This document shows positions 41,334-51,943 of a stretch of DNA of 52,875 nucleotides, piece after piece. The notes beneath the pieces were generated by a model. The model searched no databases. It was not told the origin of the DNA and worked only from the letters and a program-made list of their open reading frames with translations. This stretch comes from an uncultured Clostridia bacterium. GTDB taxonomy: Bacteria > Bacillota > Clostridia > Oscillospirales > CAG-272. Made by a program: the position numbers and the translations under genes. The stretch's first letter is position 1. Every line of letters begins with the position of its first letter. The stretch lies in contig CALWJW010000003.1 of the NCBI GenBank assembly GCA_944381095.1, positions 1 to 52,875 of the forward strand. The letters run 5' to 3'.

Positions 41334-43976
41334 ATGAAGTTTTACGCAATGGAAAAAGAGGCCGTGTTCGATTCGGTAAAGTCTTCAAAAAACGGACTTA
41401 CTTCCGAAGAAGCAGAAGCACGGCTTGCAGCCAACGGGAAAAACAAACTGGTAGAAGGCAAGAAAAAATCTATATTCCGCAAATTTCTTGAACAGCTTGC
41501 CGATCCCATGATAATTGTTCTTATCGCCGCCGCGGCTGTCTCTTTAATTACATCAATCATCGCAAAAGAATCTCCCGCTGATGTTTTCATCATCCTCTTT
41601 GTTGTGGTTCTCAATGCCGTACTCGGTGTTATCCAAGAGAGTAAGGCAGAAGAAGCCATAGCTGCGCTGAGTGAAATGACGGCGGCTCAAAGTAAAGTTC
41701 TCAGAAACGGTGTGATAACACACATCAAGAGTGAGGACCTTGTGGTCGGCGACGTGATTATCCTCGAAGCAGGGGATGCAGTGCCCGCTGACGCGAGAAT
41801 AATTGAATGCGCATCAATGAAAGTTGAAGAAGCCGCACTTACAGGCGAGTCGGTACCGGTTACAAAAGAAGACAAACTGTTTTCAGACGCCGACGAAGTG
41901 TCGCTCGGCGACAGAAAAAATATGGTTTATATGGGCAGCACCGTCGTTTACGGACGCGGAATCGCCGTTATCTGCGCCTGCGGGATGGACACTGAAATGG
42001 GAAAAATCGCCTCCGCTCTTTCGCAGGCGGCTGACGAAGCCACTCCCTTGCAGATCAAACTCGGTCAGCTCAGCAAAATACTCACTTACCTGGTTCTCGG
42101 TATCTGCGTATTTATCTTCGCTGTCGGCGTGCTGAAAGCAGGTGAGATCAATCCTGACGTTCTCCTCAGCACCTTTATGCTCGCAATATCACTTGCGGTA
42201 GCTGCTATTCCGGAAGGTCTTGCCGCCGTCGTGACTATTGTTCTCTCGATAGGCGTCACAAAAATGTCGAAAAGAAATGCCGTCATAAGAAAACTGACGG
42301 CAGTCGAAACTCTGGGATGTACTCAGATAATCTGTTCTGACAAAACAGGCACCCTGACTCAGAACAAAATGACAGTCGTTGATTACAGCTCCGCAGACAA
42401 AAATCTCATTTCGATAGGTATGGCGCTCTGTACCGACGCCGAAGTGGATAGCGACGGAAATGTTGTCGGAGAACCGACTGAAGCTGCACTGGTACAGTTT
42501 GCCTATGCAAATGATCTTCCGAAATTCGCGCTTAAAGAAAAATACCCGAGAGTCGGCGAAGCACCGTTTGATTCCATGAGAAAAATGATGTCTACCGTAC
42601 ACAAAACCGATTTCGGATTCAGACAGTTCACCAAAGGCGCACCTGATGAAATACTGAAAAAGTGCAAATATTATCTCTCGGAAACCGGCGTTCGGCCTCT
42701 GACCGGAACAGATATCGACTTTGTTCTGGAAACCAATAAAAAAATGGCTGACAAGGCTTTGCGCGTACTTGCATGCGCCTACCGCGACTACAAGACAGAA
42801 CCTTCCGAATACTCTCCGGAATCACTTGAACATGACCTTGTCTTCGTAGGAATAATGGGAATGATCGACCCTGTTCGTCCCGAAGTAAAGGACGCAATAA
42901 AGCAGTGCCATGAGGCAGGAATACGTGCCGTAATGATCACCGGTGACCATAAGGATACCGCTGTGGCAATTGCTTATGAACTCGGAATAATTTCCGACGC
43001 TTCGGAAGCCATTACCGGTGCAGACCTCAACCGTATGAGCGATGAAGATCTCTCAAAAAATATAGAAAAATATTCGGTATATGCCAGAGTACAGCCTGAA
43101 CACAAGGTAAGGATAGTAAAAGCATGGAAATCCCTCGGGAAAATTGTCGCTATGACCGGAGACGGAGTTAACGACGCCCCGAGTATAAAAAGCGCCGACA
43201 TAGGAGTCGGTATGGGCATCACCGGAACTGACGTTACTAAAAACGTAGCCGACATGATACTTGGTGACGACAACTTTGCGACAATAGTTTCCGCAGTTGA
43301 GGAAGGCAGAAAAATATACTCAAACATCCGTAAAGCCATACAGTTCCTGCTGTCCTCAAATCTCAGCGAAGTCGTTGCCATATTCTTTGCGACAATGATG
43401 GGATTTACCATACTCAAACCCGCTCACATTCTATGGATAAATCTTATCACCGACAGTCTGCCCGCTCTTGCTCTCGGTATGGAAGAAAACGAGAAGGACG
43501 CAATGAAAAAACCGCCGCGTAACTCAAAAGAAGGAATTTTCGCCGGCGGAGTCGCTTTCGATATATTTTATCAAGGTTTTATCGTTGCTGTCGTAACGCT
43601 TGCCGCCTACCTGATAGGACACTGGATGGAAGCCGGTAAATTTGAATTCACGGAAAGCGCCGACGGCATCACCATGGCTTTTCTTACCCTTTCGATGGCC
43701 GAAATATTCCAGTCGTTCAATATGCGTTCAAGACGAAATTCAATTTTCACAATGGGTGAACAGAATAAATGGCTCTGGGGAGCCGGCGCGCTGGCATTGC
43801 TGTTGACCACTGCGGTTATTTATATTCCTCCTTTCCCCACTCTGTTCGAATTTAAGCATATAAATACCGCCGAATACTTTACCGCTCTCGGTCTGGCTTT
43901 CACGGTAATACCGATTGTTGAGATCGTAAAGTTTTTCCAGAGACTGTACGCAAAGAAAAAATCTGCAAATAAATAA
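41334..43976 (+). CDS. Cation-transporting P2A-type ATPase (Ca2+-ATPase family)
   Basis: LTGES, AAIPEGL, CSDKTGTLT, KGAP, MITGD, MTGDGVND, LWINLITD. Confidence 0.93.
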   Translation: MKFYAMEKEAVFDSVKSSKNGLTSEEAEARLAANGKNKLVEGKKKSIFRKFLEQLADPMIIVLIAAAAVSLITSIIAKESPADVFIILFVVVLNAVLGVIQESKAEEAIAALSEMTAAQSKVLRNGVITHIKSEDLVVGDVIILEAGDAVPADARIIECASMKVEEAALTGESVPVTKEDKLFSDADEVSLGDRKNMVYMGSTVVYGRGIAVICACGMDTEMGKIASALSQAADEATPLQIKLGQLSKILTYLVLGICVFIFAVGVLKAGEINPDVLLSTFMLAISLAVAAIPEGLAAVVTIVLSIGVTKMSKRNAVIRKLTAVETLGCTQIICSDKTGTLTQNKMTVVDYSSADKNLISIGMALCTDAEVDSDGNVVGEPTEAALVQFAYANDLPKFALKEKYPRVGEAPFDSMRKMMSTVHKTDFGFRQFTKGAPDEILKKCKYYLSETGVRPLTGTDIDFVLETNKKMADKALRVLACAYRDYKTEPSEYSPESLEHDLVFVGIMGMIDPVRPEVKDAIKQCHEAGIRAVMITGDHKDTAVAIAYELGIISDASEAITGADLNRMSDEDLSKNIEKYSVYARVQPEHKVRIVKAWKSLGKIVAMTGDGVNDAPSIKSADIGVGMGITGTDVTKNVADMILGDDNFATIVSAVEEGRKIYSNIRKAIQFLLSSNLSEVVAIFFATMMGFTILKPAHILWINLITDSLPALALGMEENEKDAMKKPPRNSKEGIFAGGVAFDIFYQGFIVAVVTLAAYLIGHWMEAGKFEFTESADGITMAFLTLSMAEIFQSFNMRSRRNSIFTMGEQNKWLWGAGALALLLTTAVIYIPPFPTLFEFKHINTAEYFTALGLAFTVIPIVEIVKFFQRLYAKKKSANK

Positions 43977-44105
43977 TTTTCCTGATCGCGAAATTTTGTC
44001 TTTTCGATTTGTGATCACGGTAGTCCCTTCAGACACCGCCGTTTCCGGAGGGATTTACTAAATCATTTTAGCTTGACTCATGTTTATCTTTTAAATTACA
44101 CTCCC

Positions 44106-44251
44106 GGATACTGCTTTTCCGAAAAGGTTCTGCTGACTATCCGTTTCAGCTTAGCTTTGCGCGCTTCTTCCATGTTTTTCACTGTTCTGAGGATATCACC
44201 TTTCCGAAACGGTTCTGCCGACAATTCTGATTTCGCGGGATAAAGCAGTAT
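44106..44251. repeat. Imperfect 35-bp direct repeat (85-bp period) within a 10-bp inverted repeat
   Basis: GGATActgctTTTCCGAAAaGGTTCTGCtGACtAT (44106) and GGATAtcaccTTTCCGAAAcGGTTCTGCcGACaAT (44191); ATACTGCTTT (44108) and AAAGCAGTAT (44242). Confidence 0.6.
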
Positions 44252-44369
44252 TTCAAAATTCAAAGCTTATTGGAATTTCAGTTTTTTCCATCCCCGAAAA
44301 GTTTATTTTTTTACCGCACGCTTTTCTTTCAAAAAGCGTGGCAACAACCAACCGAAAAGAGGTAATTTT

Positions 44370-46118
44370 ATGGAAACTGCTATACCGAGAAACGAGCATC
44401 CGCGTCCGGATAAAAAACGTTCTGACTGGCTTTGCCTCAACGGAATCTGGGATTTTGAAATTGATAACGCAAAAACCGGAATCTATAAAAATTATCCGGC
44501 AAGAGATTCTCTGTCAGGTAAAATTCTTGTTCCCTTCTGTCCCGAAAGCGTTCTTTCCGGCGTTGGGGAAACTGACTTCATTAACGCCGTCTGGTACAGA
44601 CGTAATTTTGATATCCCGCAAAGTATGAAAGGTAAAAACATACTCTTGCATATAGACGCTTGCGACTACCGTACCGAGGTCTTTATTAACGGCAAATCGG
44701 TCGGACGTCATTCCGGAGGATACACTCCCTTTGAATTTGACATAACCGATTTTATTTTACCTGACAATAACTACATAACAGTTTACGCCGAAGATGACCT
44801 CAGAAACGAATGTCAGGTGAGCGGGAAACAGTCACGGGTTTTAAACTCACAGGGCTGTTACTATACCAGAACAACCGGCATATGGCAGACCGTCTGGCTT
44901 GAAGCTGTACCCAAGCACCACATTGTCAGCTATAAGGCTTATCCCAACGTCAGCCAGTCTTCTGTAACTCTGATTACAGCAGTATCTCCGGAATCGGCGG
45001 GAGCCGAACTTAATATTGTCGCTGAATACAACGGAACGGCGGTCGGCAGCGCTTGCTGCAAAATAAATTCCTGTCAGACAACACTTACACTCTGTCTGAG
45101 TGAAAAACATTTGTGGAATCCGGGTGACGGACATTTATATACACTAAAATTCACTTTGACAAAAGACAACGTAGCAGACTGCCTTGAAGGATATTTCGGA
45201 CTCAGAGAGGTCGCTCTCACAGGAAAAGGACTTCAAATCAACGGAAAAACCGTTTTCGGCAGATTTGTTCTCGATCAGGGGTTCTACCCCGACGGAATAT
45301 ACACCGCTCCTGATGATGCTGCCCTTATTTTCGATATTGAAGCCTCAATGCGGTGCGGTTTCAACGGCGCAAGACTCCACCAAAAGGTTTTTGAGCCGAG
45401 ATTCCTTTATCACGCCGACAGACTCGGATATATGGTATGGGCTGAAACCGGAAACTGGGGTCTCGACCATACAAGACCTATCAACGTTTATAATTTTCTG
45501 CCTGAGTGGATTGAGGAAATCGAGCGTGATTTTTCTCACCCGAGCGTTATAGGTTGGTGTCCGTTCAATGAGACCTGGGACATAGACGGCAGACGGCAGA
45601 GCAATGAGTTTATCGATCTTGTTTATTCTGTGACAAAACTCGCCGATAAGACCCGTCCTGTCATTGCCGACAGCGGCTCTTTTCCTGTATTTCGCAGCGA
45701 TGCTCATGATGTCCATGATTATGAGCAGGATCCCGCTGAATTAAGAGAAAATTATGCCGGTATTGACTCCGGTGTGATACGTGATCAGATTTACCGGACT
45801 CACCCGGGTCGTCAGAAATATGACGGGAAGCTTCCGGTTTTTGTCAGCGAATACGGCGGTATAAAATGGGTCTGCGACAAAAGCGATACTGCGTGGGGAT
45901 ACGGCAAAGACGTTGCTTCGGAAGCTGAATTTTTTGAACGACTCAAAGGCCTTACCGACGTTTTTCTGTCAAATCCGCACATTTTCGGCTATTGTTATAC
46001 TCAGCTTTACGACGTAGAGCAGGAACAGAACGGTCTGCTCACTTACAACCGGAAATTCAAATTTTCTCCCGAAAAATACCGTGAAATTTTTTCCGCAAAG
46101 TCCGTTATTGAAAAATAA
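44370..46118 (+). CDS. Glycoside hydrolase family 2 (beta-galactosidase/glucuronidase-like)
   Basis: EHPRP, LNGIWDF, VPFCPES, HSGGYTPF, TGIWQTVWLE, LDQGFYPDG, WCPFNETW, VSEYGG, YTQLYDVEQE. Confidence 0.92.
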   Translation: METAIPRNEHPRPDKKRSDWLCLNGIWDFEIDNAKTGIYKNYPARDSLSGKILVPFCPESVLSGVGETDFINAVWYRRNFDIPQSMKGKNILLHIDACDYRTEVFINGKSVGRHSGGYTPFEFDITDFILPDNNYITVYAEDDLRNECQVSGKQSRVLNSQGCYYTRTTGIWQTVWLEAVPKHHIVSYKAYPNVSQSSVTLITAVSPESAGAELNIVAEYNGTAVGSACCKINSCQTTLTLCLSEKHLWNPGDGHLYTLKFTLTKDNVADCLEGYFGLREVALTGKGLQINGKTVFGRFVLDQGFYPDGIYTAPDDAALIFDIEASMRCGFNGARLHQKVFEPRFLYHADRLGYMVWAETGNWGLDHTRPINVYNFLPEWIEEIERDFSHPSVIGWCPFNETWDIDGRRQSNEFIDLVYSVTKLADKTRPVIADSGSFPVFRSDAHDVHDYEQDPAELRENYAGIDSGVIRDQIYRTHPGRQKYDGKLPVFVSEYGGIKWVCDKSDTAWGYGKDVASEAEFFERLKGLTDVFLSNPHIFGYCYTQLYDVEQEQNGLLTYNRKFKFSPEKYREIFSAKSVIEK

Positions 46119-46389
46119 GGCGGACATTTGGTTAAAATTTTCGCTTTAAACAATTCCGACCGGTTTGTATAATCTTTAAAATTTTTTCATTCTGATCAGA
46201 CGAAACTTAATCGGGGAGTTTTATTCTTCATATACCAAAATCCGCATCCCCCTTGAAAACCGTTTCCGCGTTGAATGCTTGCTATATATGGTATCAAGCC
46301 GGACAAAGAATTTTACGGCATGATATCACATTTTGCTTTTCCGGGAAAAACGTACGACGGTCGTAAGATTGTTTTTCCGCAGTATATTG

Positions 46390-46424
46390 AAAAACGCAGC
46401 CTTGTTTACCGGCTGCGTTTTTTT
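46390..46424. terminator. Bidirectional intrinsic terminator
   Basis: AAAAACGCAGCC-N9-GGCTGCGTTTTTTT. Confidence 0.75.
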
Positions 46425-46521
46425 ATTTCCGATCAGATTTTCCACACAAAATCATATTTACGGAAAATCTTTTTTACATTTTTTCTGACTTTTACGAAAA
46501 ACTGTCATACGGCACTTTTCT

Positions 46522-47805
46522 CTACACAAGAAGTTCTTGAATTTCCGAAACTTTTACTTCTCTCGGCTCAATGCTGTGCTTCACAGCAAGGGCTGCCGCA
46601 GCTCCACCGGCTTCACCTATTGCTACACAAATAGGCATCGCCCTGAAATTTGAATGAGCCATATGGGTACCCGAAATATTTCTTCCGGACAACAATAGTC
46701 CGTCCGTCTTTTCCGGCACCAGACAGCCGTACGGTATAGTATATCCTTTTTTTTGCCGGAAATTTTTCTGTGAACCTGTTTCATCCAATCCCGAGCCTGT
46801 CAGATTATGGACATCAAAATTAAAATATGCGTCCCTTACGACCCAGTCACTGAAAAACCTTGCTTCGTATATGTCATTTTCTGTTATGCTTTTAACTCCC
46901 TTGAAGTGTCTCGTTTCCCTTATGCCTATCAGCGAGCCCGCACCGGTAATATAACAATTTTCATAACCCGGGGCATATTCTCTCAAAAATTCCACTATCG
47001 GCTGCATCTGACTTCTGCAAACCGTTTCTGCCTTTGTAAGATCTTCCGCTTTCGTTCCGTCAATATCAACGCAATTGGTCATATTACATGTAACGGTACC
47101 TGGTATAGTTGATCTGTATAACAATACATGCCCCGCGGGATATGGGAGATGCTTGCGTGCCAAAGCCTGCAACTCTCCTTTGGCAGTTTCCACTTCCGTT
47201 TCAAATGAGCCGGGAAAGACCGCCCTTTCGGTATCCACGCCACCCACTTTAAACATCAGTGTCGCAGGTTGCATTTTACCGTCTTCTTCCCTGCCTTTGA
47301 AATATTCCGCACCGGCGTAAAAACCTACGTCGCCGTCTCCGCTGCAATCAATTACTGCTTTTGCGGCATATGCGTTTCTCCCGCTTTTGCTTTCGGTAAT
47401 AACTCCTGTAACCCTATTGCCGTCCATCATCACATCGCATACGAATGTATAGAGCAAAAGTTGCGTTCCTGCTTTCTCCAACATTTCATAGTAAGTATTT
47501 TTCAGCATTTCAGGATCGATTGTAACCCTGCTTGCGTAACCTTTAAACACGTTTTTTTCTTCGGCATTTTTCAGTATTCTTTCGTACATCAGACTCTTTA
47601 CACTTCCTGTAAAGTGACTCATCATGCCGCTTGTCGATATTCCCCCTACGCTTCCGCTCTGTTCGATCAGAAGTGTTGAGCAGCCGCATTCAGACGCCTT
47701 TAATGCTGCCGCTATTCCTGACGGACCTGATCCGACAACTATGACATCATAAGTTCCTTTTATATCTGTTTTTCTCTCTTTTTCCGTATAGAACAATATT
47801 CTCAC
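46522..47805 (-). CDS. FAD-dependent oxidoreductase (FAD_oxidored family)
   Basis: DVIVVGSGPSG, IDCSGDGD, GIRETR, YTIPYGCLVP, SGRNIS, GEAGG; start GTG 47805 or TTG 47796. Confidence 0.88.
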   Translation of the reverse strand: MRILFYTEKERKTDIKGTYDVIVVGSGPSGIAAALKASECGCSTLLIEQSGSVGGISTSGMMSHFTGSVKSLMYERILKNAEEKNVFKGYASRVTIDPEMLKNTYYEMLEKAGTQLLLYTFVCDVMMDGNRVTGVITESKSGRNAYAAKAVIDCSGDGDVGFYAGAEYFKGREEDGKMQPATLMFKVGGVDTERAVFPGSFETEVETAKGELQALARKHLPYPAGHVLLYRSTIPGTVTCNMTNCVDIDGTKAEDLTKAETVCRSQMQPIVEFLREYAPGYENCYITGAGSLIGIRETRHFKGVKSITENDIYEARFFSDWVVRDAYFNFDVHNLTGSGLDETGSQKNFRQKKGYTIPYGCLVPEKTDGLLLSGRNISGTHMAHSNFRAMPICVAIGEAGGAAAALAVKHSIEPREVKVSEIQELLV

Positions 47806-47933
47806 CCCTTTCGACTTGACTTCTCACCTGAACCTGATTATAATGGATATCAGAACAAAATACAACAGTTTTTTTACCATTATTTTATGTTTTCGTGCAA
47901 TTCCGCAAAAAATATGCAAAGGAGCTGCCTGAT

Positions 47934-48767
47934 ATGGTAATTTCAGAAAGCGATATTTCTTCATACCTTGAATTTCTGATAAAAGAACGACACCTGTACG
48001 TAAGTCTTCACGGCGCCATTTCAAAATTTTCCTCACTTACACGGTATAATTTTCACATGCACCCGTACTGTCGCTTCGTTAAAACGGTTTGCTCCGGATG
48101 GAACGAATGTATTCGCAGACAGAAAAAAGTTATCGATGCCTGCTCAAAAGGAGAATTTTTCGGGACCTGCTACGCAGGTGTCAGTGAATTTGTTTACCCC
48201 CTTAATTGCAGAAATGAGGTTTTTGGTTTTATATCCGTCAGCGAATTCAAAAGCAATGATCAGACATCAGTTATCAAAAGAAATTCGTTTGCCGCAAGGT
48301 TTGCTGCGGGAAACGGAGACATACATTCTCAGTCAGAGCTTCTTGACCTCCCACCTGACAAGCAACAGATTGACGCGGTAATCAGACCGTTGGTTCTGAT
48401 GTGCGAAGTTTTCTACGAAAACAACCTTTCTGATCTGCCATACTCAAACACCGGAATGTCTTCTGTAATCCAGTATGTAAATGAATTTCATACATCTGAT
48501 CTGACTGTTGCAACCATTTCCGAGCACTTTAAAATGAGCGCTTCTTCAATCAGTCATAAATTCAAAAAAATAACCGGATACAGTCTTGCCGATTACATAA
48601 AAAATCTCAGAATAAACGATGCTATGTGGCTTTTGACCCGAACAGAAAAATCAGCTACGGAAATCGCCGCTTTGCTCGGTTTTTGCAGCAGCGCCTATTT
48701 TTCAGGTGTTTTCAAAAAAATCACCGGATTGACTCCTTCCGATTTCAGAAAACATTGCGCAAAATAA
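47934..48767 (+). CDS. AraC-family regulator with PocR-like sensor domain
   Basis: HPYC...C...CYAGVSEFVYPL N-domain; C-terminal GFCSSAYFSGVFKKITGLTP; RBS AAGGAG. Confidence 0.87.
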   Translation: MVISESDISSYLEFLIKERHLYVSLHGAISKFSSLTRYNFHMHPYCRFVKTVCSGWNECIRRQKKVIDACSKGEFFGTCYAGVSEFVYPLNCRNEVFGFISVSEFKSNDQTSVIKRNSFAARFAAGNGDIHSQSELLDLPPDKQQIDAVIRPLVLMCEVFYENNLSDLPYSNTGMSSVIQYVNEFHTSDLTVATISEHFKMSASSISHKFKKITGYSLADYIKNLRINDAMWLLTRTEKSATEIAALLGFCSSAYFSGVFKKITGLTPSDFRKHCAK

Positions 48768-48984
48768 TCAGTATACCATTCGTCGCTTCATCACCATATA
48801 ATTGTTTAACCCAGCTTAATAACAGATATAAATTGCTATTATATTCTTTTCGCGGAGATAATTGTAAAAAATAAGTCTGATAATTGCAAGGCTGATTTAA
48901 GATATTGTAATTTAAAGTAACTATTTTTGTCTTTCATAATCATATTCTGACACATGTTCATTGTAGTTAAATATTCTCCCGTAA

Positions 48985-49872
48985 TCAGCACTTTGAGATT
49001 TTTCTGTACTCAGTCGGCGTAACTCCGTATACTCTTCTGAAAAGCCGGTTAAAACAAGATATCTGGCCAAATCCGGAATCAAGAGAAACACGAAGCACAG
49101 GTAGATTTGTCCTTCTCAGCGAATGCGCCGCAGCAGCCAGCTTCGTATTTATTATGAAATCCCTGACACTCATACCGGTCTCTTTTTTGAAAAGACTGCG
49201 TAGATGAGAACAACTGACTTCGCATTGATCGGCAATTTTTCTTTCTGCAAGCGATTCGCTGTCACTGAAATTTTCACTTATATAAAGGATAGCTTTTTCA
49301 GTTACACTGCGTCCGCCGCTCTGACTCAGACTTCTCGGTCCCTTGTCCTCGAAACGTCCCGTTTCCTTTACGATCAGCCCTACCAGAAGAGCGACTTCTA
49401 CTTCATCGTACGCTTCCTTTTTGCTCAGCAAGTATTTAAACCGTTCTATAAGCATTGCAAGATAATAATTTTCTCCTCTGCTGAAAATTCCGCTGTACCC
49501 GCTCACTTCTGAAATATTCAAAGAAAACGCTATATTCAGATTCTGTACCATCATCATTCTGACCGGTGAAAACGATATCCAGACCCACACGCTTTCACCG
49601 CAATTTTCATCAGAAGCGGAAAGATGTGCCACATATGGCGAAATATACTGTATATCTCCCTTTCTGTATCGGTAGATCCTGTCACCTATATACGTTACTC
49701 CACTGCCTGAAACACATATTCCTATTTCAGCTCCTTCGTGATAATGCAAAGCCTTTATTTTTCCGGGCGGCAGTATATAATTCAGTCCTATTGATGCGGA
49801 GCTTTCCCCGGAAAGTCCGAGATTTTTAAGATAAAAAACCGGCAAATGGTCTTTGTTTAAAATATATTCCAT
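48985..49872 (-). CDS. AraC-family regulator with cupin domain
   Basis: LHYHEGAEI cupin; SGFGQISCFNRLFRRVYGVTPTEYR. Confidence 0.87.
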   Translation of the reverse strand: MEYILNKDHLPVFYLKNLGLSGESSASIGLNYILPPGKIKALHYHEGAEIGICVSGSGVTYIGDRIYRYRKGDIQYISPYVAHLSASDENCGESVWVWISFSPVRMMMVQNLNIAFSLNISEVSGYSGIFSRGENYYLAMLIERFKYLLSKKEAYDEVEVALLVGLIVKETGRFEDKGPRSLSQSGGRSVTEKAILYISENFSDSESLAERKIADQCEVSCSHLRSLFKKETGMSVRDFIINTKLAAAAHSLRRTNLPVLRVSLDSGFGQISCFNRLFRRVYGVTPTEYRKISKC

Positions 49873-49958
49873 ACAAAACCTCTGCTAACTGTTTTTCTGC
49901 CATGTTTGACTTAGCGATATATCGCCTGAAAAATTCAATGGCGTCAACTTTGGCTGAT

Positions 49959-50139
49959 TTAAGGCAACACCGCACAATTCTGACTGCGCAAATCTGCCGT
50001 CAGATTTTTCGTCAAACAAACCAAATTGACGCAGGCAATAGTGGATCTATTGACAAGGAGATTTGTGCAGTTTGGCGAAAAAGATGCAAAAAGTTGTGCG
50101 GTCAAGGCGCGAGCCGTGAATTGCGCGGTGGTGCCTTAA
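49959..50139. mobile_element. MITE-like palindromic repeat, copy 2
   Basis: Identical in sequence and orientation to 27797-27977; flanks unrelated. Confidence 0.85.
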
Positions 50140-50480
50140 CTTTCAGTTTACTTTTAAACCAAATTTTTGGCTTAGTTTATTTTTCATTATTTACTGCACG
50201 ATATGATATTGCTGATACGTAATGAACATTTTCTGTGATACAAAACAGTAACCGATGCTGATTAAGAAATTTACCCCGGTCAGAAAATCCTTCTTACAGC
50301 TTTTTAAAGTCATTTATCCCGTTTAAAGACTGAATTTAAAAACAGAAACGTTTGTCTTGTTTTCAGCTACATTATACTTAAAATCAGCGAAAAAGTCAAG
50401 TTTGTTTGAAAAAGCGTAGATTATCGGTGCCGTAAATCTTAAAATATAAGCGTAATTCGTTAGTTTAGGAGGAAACAAAA

Positions 50481-51914
50481 ATGACTGTTCTTAATTTTAA
50501 AGAAATCAAAGATAAGATCTACGGTTGTTGGCTAGGCAAAAATATCGGCGGCACTATCGGAACACCCTACGAAGGCAAGACAGAAATGCAGGACATTTCC
50601 GGATTCGCAAGCAAAAAAGGCGAACCACTGCCAAATGACGACCTCGATCTGCAACTCGTCTGGCTCAGAGCTCTGGAAGAAGTGGGACCTTGGAGTCTTA
50701 ACAGTGAGGTACTCGGCGAATACTGGCTGTCGATGATCACTCCGTCCTGGAATGAATACGGTCTTTCAAAAGCCAATATGCGACGCGGATTTGTACCCCC
50801 GATCTCAGGAGAAATCGGAAACCGTATGTGGAAAAACTCAAACGGCGCCTGGATTCGTTCGGAGATCTGGGCTTGCCTTGCTCCCGGATATCCGGGAATA
50901 GCAAGAAGATATGCTTTTGAAGACGCAAGTGTAGACCACGGAATGTCAGAAGGAACCGTCGCAGAGCTCTTCACTGCCACTCTTGAATCGGAGGCATTCG
51001 TATGCAACGACGTAATGAACATCATAAGTCGGGGACTTGAAGCGATACCTGAGAACAGCAGAGTCGCGAAGGCTGTGAAACTTGCAGTAGAATGTTACGA
51101 AAAGGGCATCGACTACCGGCAGGCAAGAAATATGCTGGTCGACCAGAGTGCCGATATAGGATTCTTCCAAGCTCCGGCAAATCTCGGCTACGTTACTCTC
51201 GGTTTACTTTACGGTGGCGGAGATTTTAAAAAATCTATTATTTATGCAGTCAACTGCGGAGATGATACAGACTGCACGGGTGCGACTGTCGGTGCAGTTC
51301 TCGGCATTATCTACGGTGCATCCGGTATTCCCGAGGACTGGAAAGAATACATAGGGGACCGGATTATGACGATATGCGTCAACGGCAATTTTGTATGTCT
51401 TTTACCCAAAACCTGTTCCGAACTTACGGAAAGAGTCATGAAAATGATGCCGGCTGTATTCCTTGCAAACGGCGTTGACATTTCCTTTGGTAATTCCGAA
51501 AGCCATTGGGATGAAAACAGACTTAAAAAAGGTGTCGACGGCAAGAAAATTATGTCTCTTGCACCCTGCTCAGTTCGCTTTTCCGATGTATTTTTCAGCG
51601 GTACAGCCGAATATGAAAAAGAACCGGTGTTGACAGACGGTGAAAGTATGAAAATACACGTTACCCTAAAAGCAAATCATGAGCCGGTCTGGGTTTCCGT
51701 CGATATGCGGCTTCCGGATGGATTCTGTGCAGTTTATCCCGAAAACGTGCTTATAAACCCGGAATACACCTTGTTCCCGGGCAGATTATGCGAGTTTGAC
51801 ATAGTTATGACCGCGGAAAATATACGCAAAAGTTCAAACACAGCAATCATGATACTTAAAGGCGAAGGCAGAATGAAAAACGTTTGCGTTCCTTTTGTCA
51901 TCGGCTCAAAATAA
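50481..51914 (+). CDS. ADP-ribosylglycohydrolase-family protein with C-terminal extension
   Basis: GCWLGKNIGG, NDDLDLQ, NGAWIR, GDDTDCTGAT; RBS AGGAGG. Confidence 0.87.
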   Translation: MTVLNFKEIKDKIYGCWLGKNIGGTIGTPYEGKTEMQDISGFASKKGEPLPNDDLDLQLVWLRALEEVGPWSLNSEVLGEYWLSMITPSWNEYGLSKANMRRGFVPPISGEIGNRMWKNSNGAWIRSEIWACLAPGYPGIARRYAFEDASVDHGMSEGTVAELFTATLESEAFVCNDVMNIISRGLEAIPENSRVAKAVKLAVECYEKGIDYRQARNMLVDQSADIGFFQAPANLGYVTLGLLYGGGDFKKSIIYAVNCGDDTDCTGATVGAVLGIIYGASGIPEDWKEYIGDRIMTICVNGNFVCLLPKTCSELTERVMKMMPAVFLANGVDISFGNSESHWDENRLKKGVDGKKIMSLAPCSVRFSDVFFSGTAEYEKEPVLTDGESMKIHVTLKANHEPVWVSVDMRLPDGFCAVYPENVLINPEYTLFPGRLCEFDIVMTAENIRKSSNTAIMILKGEGRMKNVCVPFVIGSK

Positions 51915-51943
51915 ACGTTTGTTTTTCCTAAACTTAAATACAG

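Noticed and set aside
49902-50222. 106-aa ORF as a real gene
   Set aside because: Mostly the open frame of the repeat element, with no RBS; the flanks differ at the other copy.
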